A stretch of 64,000 nucleotides of DNA from Trichormus sp. ATA11-4-KO1. GTDB taxonomy: Bacteria; Cyanobacteriota; Cyanobacteriia; Cyanobacteriales; Nostocaceae. Within the stretch, counting starts at the first letter, position 1. Each line of letters starts with the position of its first letter. The translations under genes and the position numbers were made by a program. The notes below the pieces were generated by a model. It was given only the letters and a program-made list of their open reading frames with translations. It ran no database searches and was not told the DNA's origin. Positions 17,901-27,899 of the stretch are shown piece after piece. The stretch lies in NCBI GenBank assembly GCA_019358915.1, contig JAHHIM010000065.1, forward strand, positions 160,001 to 224,000, read 5' to 3'.

Positions 17901-20164
17901 AAACCACCAATTTCCTGGAGAGATAGGTCTTCATCATTAACTGTCAGAGATCCTGATGTAATTTCTGCTAAGTCTGCAAATAAATCATTTTCATTAGCAT
18001 TATCTGATGAGACTATTAAATCTGGCTGATGGAAAGTCAGGTCAAAATCTTCTAGATCAGAACTTGTTGGAGGGGAAGGTATAGACTCCTGAGAGTTACC
18101 AAAAATCTCACCAGAAGCCGCAGCCGCAAACAAACTTTCTTCTAAGGCTTTTGCTACATCCTGCTCAAGTATAGAAGCACCTTGGTGTTGTTGCTCTGTG
18201 GCAATTTCCTGATTCCAAAAGTCGTTAACATCATCTTCTGTTTGAAAAGAGTCTATGGTGATTGCAGGTGATTCATCAAATAAATTACTGATTTCTAACT
18301 CATCAATAGACAGTATTGTATTTTCTGCTAAATCAGCAAACAAACCGTCTAAATTTAATATTTCAGGCTGAATGACGGTAGGCTGTGATTCTATGTGGTC
18401 ATCAAGGGAAATCTCCTCCAAGAGATTTGCATTATCAGTTTCTAAGAATAAGTCATCAGTACTACTTTCTTGCTTGATGGGTGCTTCAATATTGGCAATA
18501 GTTTCAGTTTCTGGTTGAGCTACTCCGCCTATGGATAGTAATTCATTTTCATCCAGTGCTAGTGCTAATAAATCGCTGAATAAATCCTTACGGTCAGTCT
18601 CCTGTAATTCGCTAGATATTTCTGTAATTTCCTGTTCATTTTCCACAAAATTTGTCGCGGATTTTTGTTGATTTTGTAGAACTGGATTTTCTCTTTCTAG
18701 GAAAGTGTCGCCAAATAATAGACTTAAGTCTTCTGTTGTAGCTAGGCTGATTTGCAAATCATCATTGCCTGTATTTTCATCAAAGGACAGAAAATCAGTT
18801 AAATCGCTATCACCATCTTCAATATCGCTGTCACTGATATCTATTCCCAATTCATCGACGGCGGTAATATCTAGAATTTCCTCTTCTTGCCAGGTTTCAT
18901 CTAGTTCTGGAGTTTCACCTTCAAATAAATCAGCAAGAGTATTTAACTCAGCTAATCCTACCTCTGGCCCGTTTTGGTCAAGATTTATATTGGTAATATG
19001 TATGTCTTCTTCACTGTTAAAGAAGGAAGAAGTAACGGCAATTTCCCTATCAATATTTTCTGCTGCTGCCTGATCTAGCTGAATTTCTGCGGTTAGTTCA
19101 GTTAAACTAGTTACACTATCTGTAGGCTGCAACGTGGTCAGAGGTAATACCTCATCTAGTGCGGGTTCTGTCACAGTAGGCTGGTCATCAAACAAGTCTT
19201 GAGCTTGTAACAAGTCAAGTTCTTGCAAGCTTAAGAGTGCTGCTAACTGCTGATTAATTGCAATCTCAGTTTCTCTACCTTGGAGAACTAATTCTTGAGC
19301 TTGTTTGATTTCGGTAATGACGATTTTGGCTAGGGTAAGATAAGTATTTTCCGGACTAGCGATCGCATTGGCGGCTGCTTGACATAAACTACACCAATTA
19401 GGCAAATTCCACGTTTGCCCCAGCCTAACTAACTGCTGACAACATTGTTGAAGATTTTGTCGAGATTCAGGTGTGGTTTTTTGTTTGAATAGTTGTAACA
19501 TTTCCCGCAGTGCTTGTAGCACCTGGGTTTGAAATTCACCCCAATGATCATGTGCTTGGGCAGTGATTGGCGATCGCTCTGACTGGGATACTACAGATAA
19601 TGGCACTTCTGTAGATGTCTGATCGCTATCTGCTTCCAGATCGGGAATATCTCGCCGCAGGAACAACTCAGTGAGTGTACTGACACTATCTGGAGGAATT
19701 GGTTGTAGTTCTGTTGTATCGCTGACTACACCATTAATACTTTGTTGTACCAGTATTTCTAAATGCTCATTTAGCCATTTAAACACTGGCTCAGTTTCAG
19801 ACATCAGAGTATTAGCAGCTTCTTCCGACAGACCAAACGGCCCACTCAAATGTTCTAATAGCACCTTGAGGGTATCAGATACACCGAGAAATAAAGATTC
19901 TAACTTTTGGTCAACCTGAACCGGATGTTCTTTGAGAACTTTAAAACAATCTTCCAGACGGTGGGAGGTGTGCTGGATGCTACTCAATCCCAGCATGGCT
20001 GCTCCCCCTTTGATCGAGTGAGCCGCCCGGAAAACTTCGTTGACCATTTCCGGGTCATTCAGGGTTCCTTGGAGATTCAGTAACCCTTGCTCAATCGTAT
20101 TCAAATGGTCTCTGGCTTCTTCAATGAAGTAACCTAAAATTCGCTGTTGTTGTTCCGGCAGCAT
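14972..20164 (-). CDS. hmpE: Hybrid CheA-like kinase (Hpt, long acidic linker, HATPase, CheW, receiver); HmpE/PilL
   Basis: FRAAHSIKGGA Hpt; HMLNNAIAHGIE; SGRGVGMDVV; C-terminal receiver CDIEMP. Confidence 0.92.
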   Translation of the reverse strand: MLPEQQQRILGYFIEEARDHLNTIEQGLLNLQGTLNDPEMVNEVFRAAHSIKGGAAMLGLSSIQHTSHRLEDCFKVLKEHPVQVDQKLESLFLGVSDTLKVLLEHLSGPFGLSEEAANTLMSETEPVFKWLNEHLEILVQQSINGVVSDTTELQPIPPDSVSTLTELFLRRDIPDLEADSDQTSTEVPLSVVSQSERSPITAQAHDHWGEFQTQVLQALREMLQLFKQKTTPESRQNLQQCCQQLVRLGQTWNLPNWCSLCQAAANAIASPENTYLTLAKIVITEIKQAQELVLQGRETEIAINQQLAALLSLQELDLLQAQDLFDDQPTVTEPALDEVLPLTTLQPTDSVTSLTELTAEIQLDQAAAENIDREIAVTSSFFNSEEDIHITNINLDQNGPEVGLAELNTLADLFEGETPELDETWQEEEILDITAVDELGIDISDSDIEDGDSDLTDFLSFDENTGNDDLQISLATTEDLSLLFGDTFLERENPVLQNQQKSATNFVENEQEITEISSELQETDRKDLFSDLLALALDENELLSIGGVAQPETETIANIEAPIKQESSTDDLFLETDNANLLEEISLDDHIESQPTVIQPEILNLDGLFADLAENTILSIDELEISNLFDESPAITIDSFQTEDDVNDFWNQEIATEQQHQGASILEQDVAKALEESLFAAAASGEIFGNSQESIPSPPTSSDLEDFDLTFHQPDLIVSSDNANENDLFADLAEITSGSLTVNDEDLSLQEIGGFSQEPEALDFTPEFTNQPVFTQTLADLELDLFDSLDENPQILFNDTASTDNSTYIQLESVENLVEDEEAFFSDISFTEDLNLQESQSELELLDISVNANSTERTIEEIAEPDSLVIEVEQKALNSEADLLNTVANDTTINDITEITIEETEKPDLDTDSSAIETEQLALNLEAEYLTSETALVAESEAANLIPPEEVISVSVTAETTDAAATEQNNTDTYIQDEFAELEALLDAELAASSIPEEDFAALEALLGTDNDDEQASYTQQITPNTNQTVSQIIASADVDDEFSDLEKLLAEADQTISHSAPIKPNTSKIPRSSTRRTARFEETMKVPVKQLDDMSNLVGELVVNRNTLEQDHERLRQSLDNLLIQVQQLSDVGARMQELYERSLLEASLLASRKTKETKETTEISFHAEEADTDRGFSELEMDRFTPFHTLSQEMIEFIVRVRESASDIDFVTEETERVARQFRQVTTQLQEGLTRARMVPFSQAIDRLRRGVRDNAIKYGKQVELVIEGGDTLIDKMILDHLTDPLTHMLNNAIAHGIETPEIRQAGGKQPVGYITIRAFHQGNQTVISVGDDGAGIDSERVKVKAVQMGMITAEQAKTISRMEVYDLLFQPGFSIKDKADEISGRGVGMDVVRSEISEIRGIVNTDSTIGKGTTFTIRLPLTLSICKALCCVSDKARIAFPMDGVEDTLDIPVKNIQHNADGQSYISWRDTVLPFRPLKELLTFNRQLSRGNVYGGNRDDDMVSVVVVRSGNTLIALQIDQVLSEQEIVIKQFESPAPKPIGVAGATVLGDGRIMPIADVLEIIDIFQGRISKHSGSTSWQQQDIPNLPDTSAEKIDPTVLIVDDSITVRELLSLTFNKAGYRVEQARDGQEAWDKLRSGLPCDIVFCDIEMPRCDGLELLSRIQKDSSLNHLPIAMLTSRGADKHRQMAIQLGASGYFTKPYLEEALLEAAVRMLKGEKLVGTESK

Positions 20165-20240
20165 AATAAAAGTTCTGAGTGCTGAGTGCTTAGTGCTGAG
20201 TAATCAACCGTCATTTACCAATGATTAATGACTAAGTTAA

Positions 20241-23165
20241 CTATCGAGATTCGAGAGTTTCCACGCGGAAACGCTCAACAGAGGAAATCAAGTCGCGGGA
20301 AACACCTACTAAGAGTTGTAAAGCACCAGAAACTCGCTGGGCTTCTTGGGAGGTTTCTTGGGCTGTGAGTTCCACCGATTGCATAACGTGAGCGACGGCG
20401 CGGGAAGTTTCCGTCTGTTCTACTGTGTCACTGGTAATTGAGCGCACCAGAGTATCAATGCGATTCGCTACTTGAATGATATTTTCGAGCGATCGCTTGG
20501 CTTCTTCAGCCAGTTTTGTGCCTTTAATTACCTGTTGTGTGCCTTCTTCCATTGCGGTCATGACTGAGCCTGTTTCGCTTTGGATTTGCATGACAATCTG
20601 TTCAATTTCCTTCAAGGATTTGGCAGATTTATCTGCTAGCTGCCGGACTTCATCTGCCACAATGGCAAACCCACGCCCGGCTTCTCCAGCCCGTGCAGCC
20701 TCAATACTGGCGTTGAGTGCTAGCAAGTTGGTGCGGGAGGCAATCTGAGAAATTAACGCCACAATTTTAGAAATCTCTTGGGAAGATTCCGCTAGCCGCT
20801 TCACCTTACGGGTAGTTTCGGCTACAGTTTCGCGAATTTCTAAAATCCCTGCCACAGTATTTTCCACTGCTTCCCCACCTTTGAGGGCGATCGCACTGGC
20901 ATCACGGGCAACGGTTTCGGCTTCCCTTGCTGCTTCTGCTACCCGTTGAATTGAGTCAGTCATCACCTGCACGGAATTTAAGGTGACTCCTAACTCTTCT
21001 GCTTGGCGCAAAGCATCGCTAGATAATGCTCTGGCAAATGTTTCGGAGTTGGTTGCACCTCTTGTTACCTCCTTGGCTGCGACTTTTACCTGTTGAACAA
21101 TATCCCGCAAATTTTGGATTGTCAGGTTAAAGGCATCGGCAACGGCTCCGAGTACGTCGGCTGTCACCTCAGCTTGAACTGTTAAATCCCCTCTGGCCGC
21201 ACCTTCCACGTCATCCAACAGGCGAATTACTTGACGTTGGAGATTTTCTTTGGCTTCTTCTTGTTCATCGGCTTTGCGCTGGGCTTCATGTGTAGTCGTA
21301 AAAATTACACGGGCCATTTCATTAAAGCCTGTAGCTAAATGCCCTAATTCATCTTCGGAATACACTGTAGCTTGCACATTGAGATTACCTTGGCGGACTG
21401 CATCAAACTGAGCTTGCAAATCCTTAGTGGTGCGGCGAATTTGCTTGAGTGTGAGATTGCCCATCAAAGCGGCGGTGCTAAAACCCGCAAGACCCGCCGC
21501 TAGTGACATCGCCCAGCCTGTGTTCCGCACTGATTCTCGTTGTTCGGGTGGAGAAAAACTGGTGGTGGCAAAGCTGACTGTGGCTACAACTAGCGCGGAA
21601 AAAACACCCACAGTACCAGCAACGAACCAGGGTTTCACATCTAAGGGGGCATTTTCTAAAGGTGCTAACCAGCCTTGCTCAATGCTGACGTTGGGTTCTA
21701 GCTTAGAGACATCTGTTTGGGTAAAATTAGGAACTGCTTCTTGAGCGCCAGTATGTGAACCGGTAATGGAAAACAGTTCATCATCGCGATTCCTGTGGAG
21801 CGCTTCGCTATCGCTAGTTTCGTTACTTGGGTTAATCTCAACGGCTTTACTTTGTGGATTACTACCGGTTTCTAGTGAACTAGAAAGCATAGCCACGTCA
21901 CTGAAGCTAGAATCTGTTTCTGCTAGATCAAATCCAGGAATATTCCCTAAATCATCAAACTCATCAAAGTCATCTAAAAACTCTATATTACTTTTAGAAC
22001 TTTCAGCTTTTAAGAGATTATTTGTATCTTCTTCAGAGCCAAAGGCAGATTCAAATGCTTCGAAATCAAAAGCTTCATCGCCGTCAAAGTTTTGTGTCTC
22101 TACCTCTATTTCAGTGTTAATCTGTTGCTCTTTCCGGGAATAATTCCCATTCACAGATGGGGATATTTCTGGGAAATTTTCCGTAATTTCTATTTTCTCT
22201 AACCAATTACTCGGTTCACTAGGAAGTAGATTATCTTGACTGCTGTTTCTCAAGTTATTGGTTGTTGCTAAACCATTTTTGAGATTTTCTTTATCTATGA
22301 ATAAAGTTTCATCTTCTGGGCTATTTCTTGGCAATTCAAGATTTGCCCCACTTGGTTTTTGATGATTTTCTTCCTGCAAAAGCTCAGGCTCAGGTTCCCA
22401 GATATTGCTTGTTGATAAATTAACTTCTGTAAAAGTTGTATCAACACTATGAGCGGCACTTTCGTTATCTGATAAGTCGCTGCTAATTTCTGGCTCGTTA
22501 AAACTTGCTTCGGCAATATCTTCTTGCCAGAAAACAGGTAATTCTAATTCAACTGGCTCATTTTCACTATGGTCATCAGACTTTTGCTCGTTTTGATTCA
22601 CGGCAAAAGGATCTTCACTAAAAGTTGGGGTAGAATCTGGTGTTTGATTAAATGAAGTACTGTCTGTGATAGTTCCAAATGGATTACTTAGGGATAGTTC
22701 TTCTACATCCACAGATTCCCCAGAAGCATCAAAGGAATTTAAATCAAAGCTGCTGCTATCTAAATTTTCTAACACCTCCAAACCTTCTAAGTCTGGTGTA
22801 CCAGATTCCAGAGCATCATTCATCTCTGTAAAATTTATTGGCTCTTGCTGATGATTTTCTTCAGCCGCCACCTTTTCCTCTAATGGCTGTTGGTATTGAT
22901 TGATGTTTTCTAACCCATTATTGGCAAAACCAAGTATTTCTGGATCATCAGACAACTGCAAAACTTTCTGATATTCTTTTTGGGCAATATCATACTGCTG
23001 CAACACGTAGTAGATGTGACCCCTTAACAAATGGCAGTTGGGGTCATCTGGTACATTTTTTACTACTTCGTCCACTAAAGTGGCGGCAACTTCATAGTTT
23101 TGTTGCGCGTAGGCTGTACAAGCCTGCTTATATGTTTCCAAGTAATCGTTTATACTTGCTGCCAT
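20241..23165 (-). CDS. hmpD: Methyl-accepting chemotaxis protein with N-terminal TPR; HmpD/PilJ
   Basis: TPR N-terminus, two TM segments, HAMP, signalling domain [26 protein letters not shown]. Confidence 0.92.
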   Translation of the reverse strand: MAASINDYLETYKQACTAYAQQNYEVAATLVDEVVKNVPDDPNCHLLRGHIYYVLQQYDIAQKEYQKVLQLSDDPEILGFANNGLENINQYQQPLEEKVAAEENHQQEPINFTEMNDALESGTPDLEGLEVLENLDSSSFDLNSFDASGESVDVEELSLSNPFGTITDSTSFNQTPDSTPTFSEDPFAVNQNEQKSDDHSENEPVELELPVFWQEDIAEASFNEPEISSDLSDNESAAHSVDTTFTEVNLSTSNIWEPEPELLQEENHQKPSGANLELPRNSPEDETLFIDKENLKNGLATTNNLRNSSQDNLLPSEPSNWLEKIEITENFPEISPSVNGNYSRKEQQINTEIEVETQNFDGDEAFDFEAFESAFGSEEDTNNLLKAESSKSNIEFLDDFDEFDDLGNIPGFDLAETDSSFSDVAMLSSSLETGSNPQSKAVEINPSNETSDSEALHRNRDDELFSITGSHTGAQEAVPNFTQTDVSKLEPNVSIEQGWLAPLENAPLDVKPWFVAGTVGVFSALVVATVSFATTSFSPPEQRESVRNTGWAMSLAAGLAGFSTAALMGNLTLKQIRRTTKDLQAQFDAVRQGNLNVQATVYSEDELGHLATGFNEMARVIFTTTHEAQRKADEQEEAKENLQRQVIRLLDDVEGAARGDLTVQAEVTADVLGAVADAFNLTIQNLRDIVQQVKVAAKEVTRGATNSETFARALSSDALRQAEELGVTLNSVQVMTDSIQRVAEAAREAETVARDASAIALKGGEAVENTVAGILEIRETVAETTRKVKRLAESSQEISKIVALISQIASRTNLLALNASIEAARAGEAGRGFAIVADEVRQLADKSAKSLKEIEQIVMQIQSETGSVMTAMEEGTQQVIKGTKLAEEAKRSLENIIQVANRIDTLVRSITSDTVEQTETSRAVAHVMQSVELTAQETSQEAQRVSGALQLLVGVSRDLISSVERFRVETLESR

Positions 23166-23181
23166 TTGCTCCCTCCCAATT

Positions 23182-23712
23182 TCATCCTGCCCACCTTGCA
23201 CTCCGCAAAATTGCCATTTGATCGAGCAGCCTTAAACACTGATTATTTTTAGCACCTAATAACCACTCACCACGCAAAAAGGGAGCCATAGTATCTGGTA
23301 GATTGGTTGGTGGCATGAGATGCTGTACATCCAGCCAATCCATACCACCAATTTCCTCTACTGCTAAGCCCACTATTGTGTCTTGCTCTTCAATAGCAAT
23401 CACCGGAATTTCTGCTCGATCCGTGTTTAACGCGGTTGCTTCGCCAAGAAATTGACCCAAATCAGCTACCCAAATTACTCGACCTCGTAAATTTAGAGTA
23501 CCCAAAAGTAAGGGAGAAGCATTAGGAATCGGGGTGATTCTATCAGGACTTAATTCCATGACTTCTCGAATACCAGTTGCGGGTAGTGCAAACTCCTGAT
23601 GCGAGGGAATGTAAAACCGCAAATGTAACTCACCTTCAGGACTTTCTACTTGTAATTCAGGGCGAAAGTGATCTTGACCACTACCACTTAAAAAGTCCGG
23701 TTTGCTGACCAT
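23182..23712 (-). CDS. hmpC: CheW-like adaptor; HmpC/PilI
   Basis: [27 protein letters not shown]; operon position. Confidence 0.9.
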   Translation of the reverse strand: MVSKPDFLSGSGQDHFRPELQVESPEGELHLRFYIPSHQEFALPATGIREVMELSPDRITPIPNASPLLLGTLNLRGRVIWVADLGQFLGEATALNTDRAEIPVIAIEEQDTIVGLAVEEIGGMDWLDVQHLMPPTNLPDTMAPFLRGEWLLGAKNNQCLRLLDQMAILRSARWAG

Positions 23713-23725
23713 ATTGTTTTCATCC

Positions 23726-24091
23726 TTATCCTCGCAGCAGTTGTTTGACTGTTCCCACCAACTCGGTTGGTTGAAACGGTTTGGCTATGTAAGCGTCCGC
23801 ACCTTGCTTCATTCCCCAGTAGCGGTCAAATTCTTCGCCCTTGGAAGAACACATCACTACGGGGACATTTTGAGTTTTTGGATCGGACTTTAACCGACGA
23901 CAGACTTCATAGCCGTTCATCCGGGGCATGACAATATCCAACACCACTAAATCGGGAGGGGCAGTTTGAATTGCCTCTAGTGCTTCTACTCCATCACTGG
24001 CATGGGTGACTATTAAGCCACTTGCTTTCAGGAGGTCTGTAATCATCTCCCGTTGTGCGATACTGTCTTCCACAATCAGAACTGTACTCAT
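23726..24091 (-). CDS. hmpB: CheY-like response regulator; HmpB/PilH
   Basis: Single receiver domain, LDIVMP, WGMKQGADAYIAKPF. Confidence 0.92.
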   Translation of the reverse strand: MSTVLIVEDSIAQREMITDLLKASGLIVTHASDGVEALEAIQTAPPDLVVLDIVMPRMNGYEVCRRLKSDPKTQNVPVVMCSSKGEEFDRYWGMKQGADAYIAKPFQPTELVGTVKQLLRG

Positions 24092-24263
24092 AAATACCTA
24101 TCTACCTCCTGATGTAGACGTTCCTTTTTGGAACATTCCCTGATACCCCATAAAGATTTAGTGTATAAATTAGTTTTATGTTTTCACTAATGTACTAGAT
24201 ATTAACGTTGTACTGGAGTTAGCTGATTCTGTGATAACATCTTTTACTCGATATTTTATGGAA

Positions 24264-25487
24264 TCAACAAGTCTTATATTTTGTTTGTGTCCCAACACAA
24301 GATCGGACGTTTATATATTTCTCTACGAGCGTGAGTAACTCAGTATCTCCAAAAGGCTTTGTTAAATAATCCGTCGCTCCGACCATAGTCGCCCTGACTC
24401 GATCAATAAATTGGTCTTTACCAGTTAGCATGATAATCGGGGTATTTTGAAATGCGCTACTGTGTCGCAGCATGGCACAAATCTCGTAACCATCCAATTC
24501 CGGCATGGCAATATCGCATAAGATTAAATCTGGTTGGAGTGGAAAAATCAGACTAAGTGCTTCTAAGGGCTTTATGAAGGCGATCGCTTCATACCCCTGT
24601 GGTTTTAAGATAGACTCTACAGTTTCACCGATAGTCTTGGTATCGTCAATACATACTACTCGCACCTTGTGCTGGCTATCCACTTCTGAATATTGAGTGG
24701 GTAACTTCAAGTTAGATGTAGCTGAGTATACTAATTGCAACCAGCCCTGTTGTATGTATGGATATATAGCCTTGGCGACTGTCAAAATATCTCGGTTGAG
24801 ATGACGAGCTAGTTGACGCAGGGATTTTTTCCCATCTGCCCAATGCTGTAACTTATTTACTGTTGCTGCTGGCAGTGAGGATTGTAGTTGCACTATATCA
24901 GCGAGCATCGGCAATTGTTCAGGAGACTGAATATGCGGATAAAGCTGTTTCCATTCTTGTATTTGTTGCGTAATTTTGGATACTATAGGGTCAATTTCCC
25001 AGCTGGTTAATTGCGGGGTCAGAGTCGCACCCTGGTGGAAAATGAAACTACCCTGGTGTAAACTCAGCAAATCAAACAAAGTTTCATAAACCAAGCTGTG
25101 GACAATACTATGAGCTACCTTGGGGTTGATGATATTTCGCTCTAGGAGTGCCCAAAGATAGCCATACTCTGGTACGTTCTGTGATCCTAAGGAGGCAAGT
25201 TGCTGTTCATCAAGTCTCATCTCGACTCGGTAATGACGTAAGTAATCGTCAATTCGCGACAAATTACTATCACCTTCTTGGCAATAGATAATTTGACCGT
25301 TGAGGAAAAAGACAAACCAAAACTGTTTTTTACAGTTTCCGGTTTGGCGGTGTTTGGCTGTCTCGTGTTCTTTGAGTTTGTCACTATTGTGAAAGCAGGC
25401 TTCCACTAAAAGTTGCCCAGTTCGCTGTCCTAACTCAATCAATTGCAGGATACTGCGAATATCAATTTCGGTTAAATTTCCCTGCAT
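24264..25487 (-). CDS. hmpA: PatA-type response regulator (PATAN plus receiver); HmpA/PilG
   Basis: MQGNL.EIDIRSILQLIELGQRTG N-terminus; C-terminal receiver CDIAMP. Confidence 0.88.
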   Translation of the reverse strand: MQGNLTEIDIRSILQLIELGQRTGQLLVEACFHNSDKLKEHETAKHRQTGNCKKQFWFVFFLNGQIIYCQEGDSNLSRIDDYLRHYRVEMRLDEQQLASLGSQNVPEYGYLWALLERNIINPKVAHSIVHSLVYETLFDLLSLHQGSFIFHQGATLTPQLTSWEIDPIVSKITQQIQEWKQLYPHIQSPEQLPMLADIVQLQSSLPAATVNKLQHWADGKKSLRQLARHLNRDILTVAKAIYPYIQQGWLQLVYSATSNLKLPTQYSEVDSQHKVRVVCIDDTKTIGETVESILKPQGYEAIAFIKPLEALSLIFPLQPDLILCDIAMPELDGYEICAMLRHSSAFQNTPIIMLTGKDQFIDRVRATMVGATDYLTKPFGDTELLTLVEKYINVRSCVGTQTKYKTC

Positions 25488-25886
25488 TTAGCTTAAAAGC
25501 TCTCCTGATCATCCCGTTTACATTCTCTGTTAATTTTGCTCATCAATTTTTTATGTTTTTAGCAGATGAATAACGTATGAGTACTCAAAATATTATTTCC
25601 TTTACAACTATTCCAGATCAGGGAATACATTTAGCTATAAACTGTAAATTTTCGTAATAGATTTTGATAAAGCTAGTGATCACACCGAAGTCATCATCAC
25701 TGTCATCAGGACAAAATATAAGGGCGTATCCAAATCGTATCTATAAATATCAAGACGTTTATTCCACGTCTATAAATAGTTTTGTCTGTCTTTTTTCCTC
25801 ACTTTAGGTGAAATAAGACCAGTTAACAGAATTATCTCAGGTATATTCCCCAGCCCGGACATTAAGTACACAAGAGGACGAACGGT

Positions 25887-27647
25887 GTGCTGTATTTAGC
25901 AGAAGTACAAAAGCAGAAAGGCGGCTTACTCAGTGGTGGTGCTAAAACCGAACTAAAACTGCTAGCGTGTCAGCGAACCGACCAGAATTGGAGTACTGTG
26001 TCGGAAGAAGTAATTGCTGCTGAGGACGCTAGCAAACTAAATGATGGCGCACTAGTACTAGTGGAACTGAATCCAAATCGTCAAGTGCAACGGATTCAAG
26101 AAGCAGGCCGTCCACTAGTTAACATTTTGCAAAATTTTTCCCGTCAGTTGGAAAAATTTAAGCTCAAAGAAGATGAAATTGATCAGTGGAAGGAGTCATT
26201 GACATTTCAGGCGCAAGAGATGAATCGCCGGGAAATGGATATGGAAGCTCGCCTAGAGCAGTTGCAACAAATGGAGGAAGAATTTCAACGCCTGGAGACG
26301 CAAAAACAGGAAATTGAGACATCTCATGAACAGATTTCACAGTTGCAAGCTGAAATTGAGCGTAACCGTCAGGAACTAGAAGGAGCTTGGGAACATTTGC
26401 GGGGTGAGCAACGCCGTCTTGAGGAGTGTCAAGCAGACTTCCAACAAGGGATGGTTTTAGATGAGGAGCAAAGTCGGGTGATGAGCGAGTTACTTGACCG
26501 CTTGTCTAATAAGGTTGCACCCACGGAAACCGTCAGAGAACACCTGAATTTGGCCTTTGAACTAGTGGAAACCCAGCAAGCTAATTTAAACCCACATTGG
26601 GAAAAACTAGAGCAGCAAAAAACTGTAGCGACTCAACAGCAAGAAGAAATTGATCGTCTATGGGAAAGTTTTAGCGATCGCCAAAATGCATGGCAACAAG
26701 CACAAGATTCTTTAGAACAACAAATAGCCCAATTAAAAATAAATACCACAATTCTTGTTAGCAAAGAAGATTATGTTCGGATAGTCAAAGAACAGTTGCA
26801 ACATCAAGAAGAGTTGCATCAACAAATTCATGCTTTAGCTGCTACTTCAGGTAATGTGGTTCTGAGCCAAAAAGTTGATGTAGAAGCTTTGGAGAAAATG
26901 CCTCTAGAGGAACTACAAAAGATAGTCCAAGACTTGCTAGATAAGTTAGAAATAGATTCTACTTTTGTCCAAGATCAAGAACAAGAACTGAAATATAAGC
27001 AAGAAATTATAGAAGAAATAGAAAATAAAATTAAGGAAGCACCCGACCAAGACCAAATCAATTTGGAAATGGAACTTGCGGATGAAAAAGACCTATATCA
27101 AATGTTAAATGAAACTTTGGTAGGGCAACGCCGCAATTTACTACAACGGCAAAAGTTAATTAAGCAACATCAAAATATATTGCTACGGCGACAAGGGCAG
27201 ACTGTTAACAATACAGAAGAAAATAACCAAATTGATTTTGGTCCAATTCTTTTGCAAATAGAAACTCAACGACAACAACAGTCGCAGGAATTGCAAAAAC
27301 TGGAACATGAAATTGAGCAGATGCGTGCTGCCATTGAGATGGATCAAGGGATGATTGACAATCAAACCCATGATCAACAAAATAAGCAGCAAGAACTCAA
27401 GGAGATAGAGGAAAAGTTATTGTCTCTGCGAGCAACAACGACTGAATGTTGGGTACGGGTGAATCTCTATCAAGAGACACTACAACCAATTCAGGATACT
27501 CTAGAGAGTCTACGGCATAAAATACAAGGAATTGCCGATTCATTGGCTCAAGTCCAAGAAACGGGTGATTATCAACTCCAAACTATTAATGAAATGCGTC
27601 AAACTCTCCAAGGTTTGATGTCTCAGCCAGAGTTGTTAGCGTCCTAA
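25887..27647 (+). CDS. hmpF: Coiled-coil pilus motility protein HmpF
   Basis: MLYLAEVQKQK..GG.KTELKLLACQR N-terminus, long Q/E coiled coil, divergent from hmpA. Confidence 0.88.
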   Translation: MLYLAEVQKQKGGLLSGGAKTELKLLACQRTDQNWSTVSEEVIAAEDASKLNDGALVLVELNPNRQVQRIQEAGRPLVNILQNFSRQLEKFKLKEDEIDQWKESLTFQAQEMNRREMDMEARLEQLQQMEEEFQRLETQKQEIETSHEQISQLQAEIERNRQELEGAWEHLRGEQRRLEECQADFQQGMVLDEEQSRVMSELLDRLSNKVAPTETVREHLNLAFELVETQQANLNPHWEKLEQQKTVATQQQEEIDRLWESFSDRQNAWQQAQDSLEQQIAQLKINTTILVSKEDYVRIVKEQLQHQEELHQQIHALAATSGNVVLSQKVDVEALEKMPLEELQKIVQDLLDKLEIDSTFVQDQEQELKYKQEIIEEIENKIKEAPDQDQINLEMELADEKDLYQMLNETLVGQRRNLLQRQKLIKQHQNILLRRQGQTVNNTEENNQIDFGPILLQIETQRQQQSQELQKLEHEIEQMRAAIEMDQGMIDNQTHDQQNKQQELKEIEEKLLSLRATTTECWVRVNLYQETLQPIQDTLESLRHKIQGIADSLAQVQETGDYQLQTINEMRQTLQGLMSQPELLAS

Positions 27648-27657
27648 AAAGTGCTGA

Positions 27658-27704
27658 GTGCGCTTGTCCTGAGCGAAGTCGAAGGGGAGTGCTGAGTAAA
27701 AATA
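27658..27704. repeat. SDR-like element embedded in GTGCTGA STRR array
   Basis: GTGCGCTTG(T/C)CCTGAGCGAAGTCGAAGGGGAGTGCTGAGTA; further copies at 52211-52257 (+) and 40120-40160 (-). Confidence 0.8.
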
Positions 27705-27843
27705 CTTCTCCAACTCTCATTCCTCCGTGTTCTCTGTGCCTCTGCGGTATGCGCTACGCGTAAAGCCTACGGCATAGCTGCGCTTAAAGCGGAGCTTTAC
27801 GCTTTAGCGATACGATTCTTCCGTAACTTGTGCGTAAGTCCTA
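27699..27843. mobile_element. Second (inverted) copy of the MITE at 6612-6729
   Basis: About 53 nt match with 1 mismatch to the reverse complement of 6665-6717, plus terminal CGTAACTTGTGCGTAAGTCCTA; central part differs. Confidence 0.75.
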
Positions 27844-27899
27844 TGAAGGTTGAAAGGCAAGCCCACAGGCTAACGGGTGCGGCTACCGCAAATGAGAAC

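Noticed and set aside
16950..19250. Very long acidic region in CheA as a foreign insertion
   Set aside because: Long acidic disordered linkers are usual in cyanobacterial PilL/HmpE kinases; frame intact and no intein or IS signature
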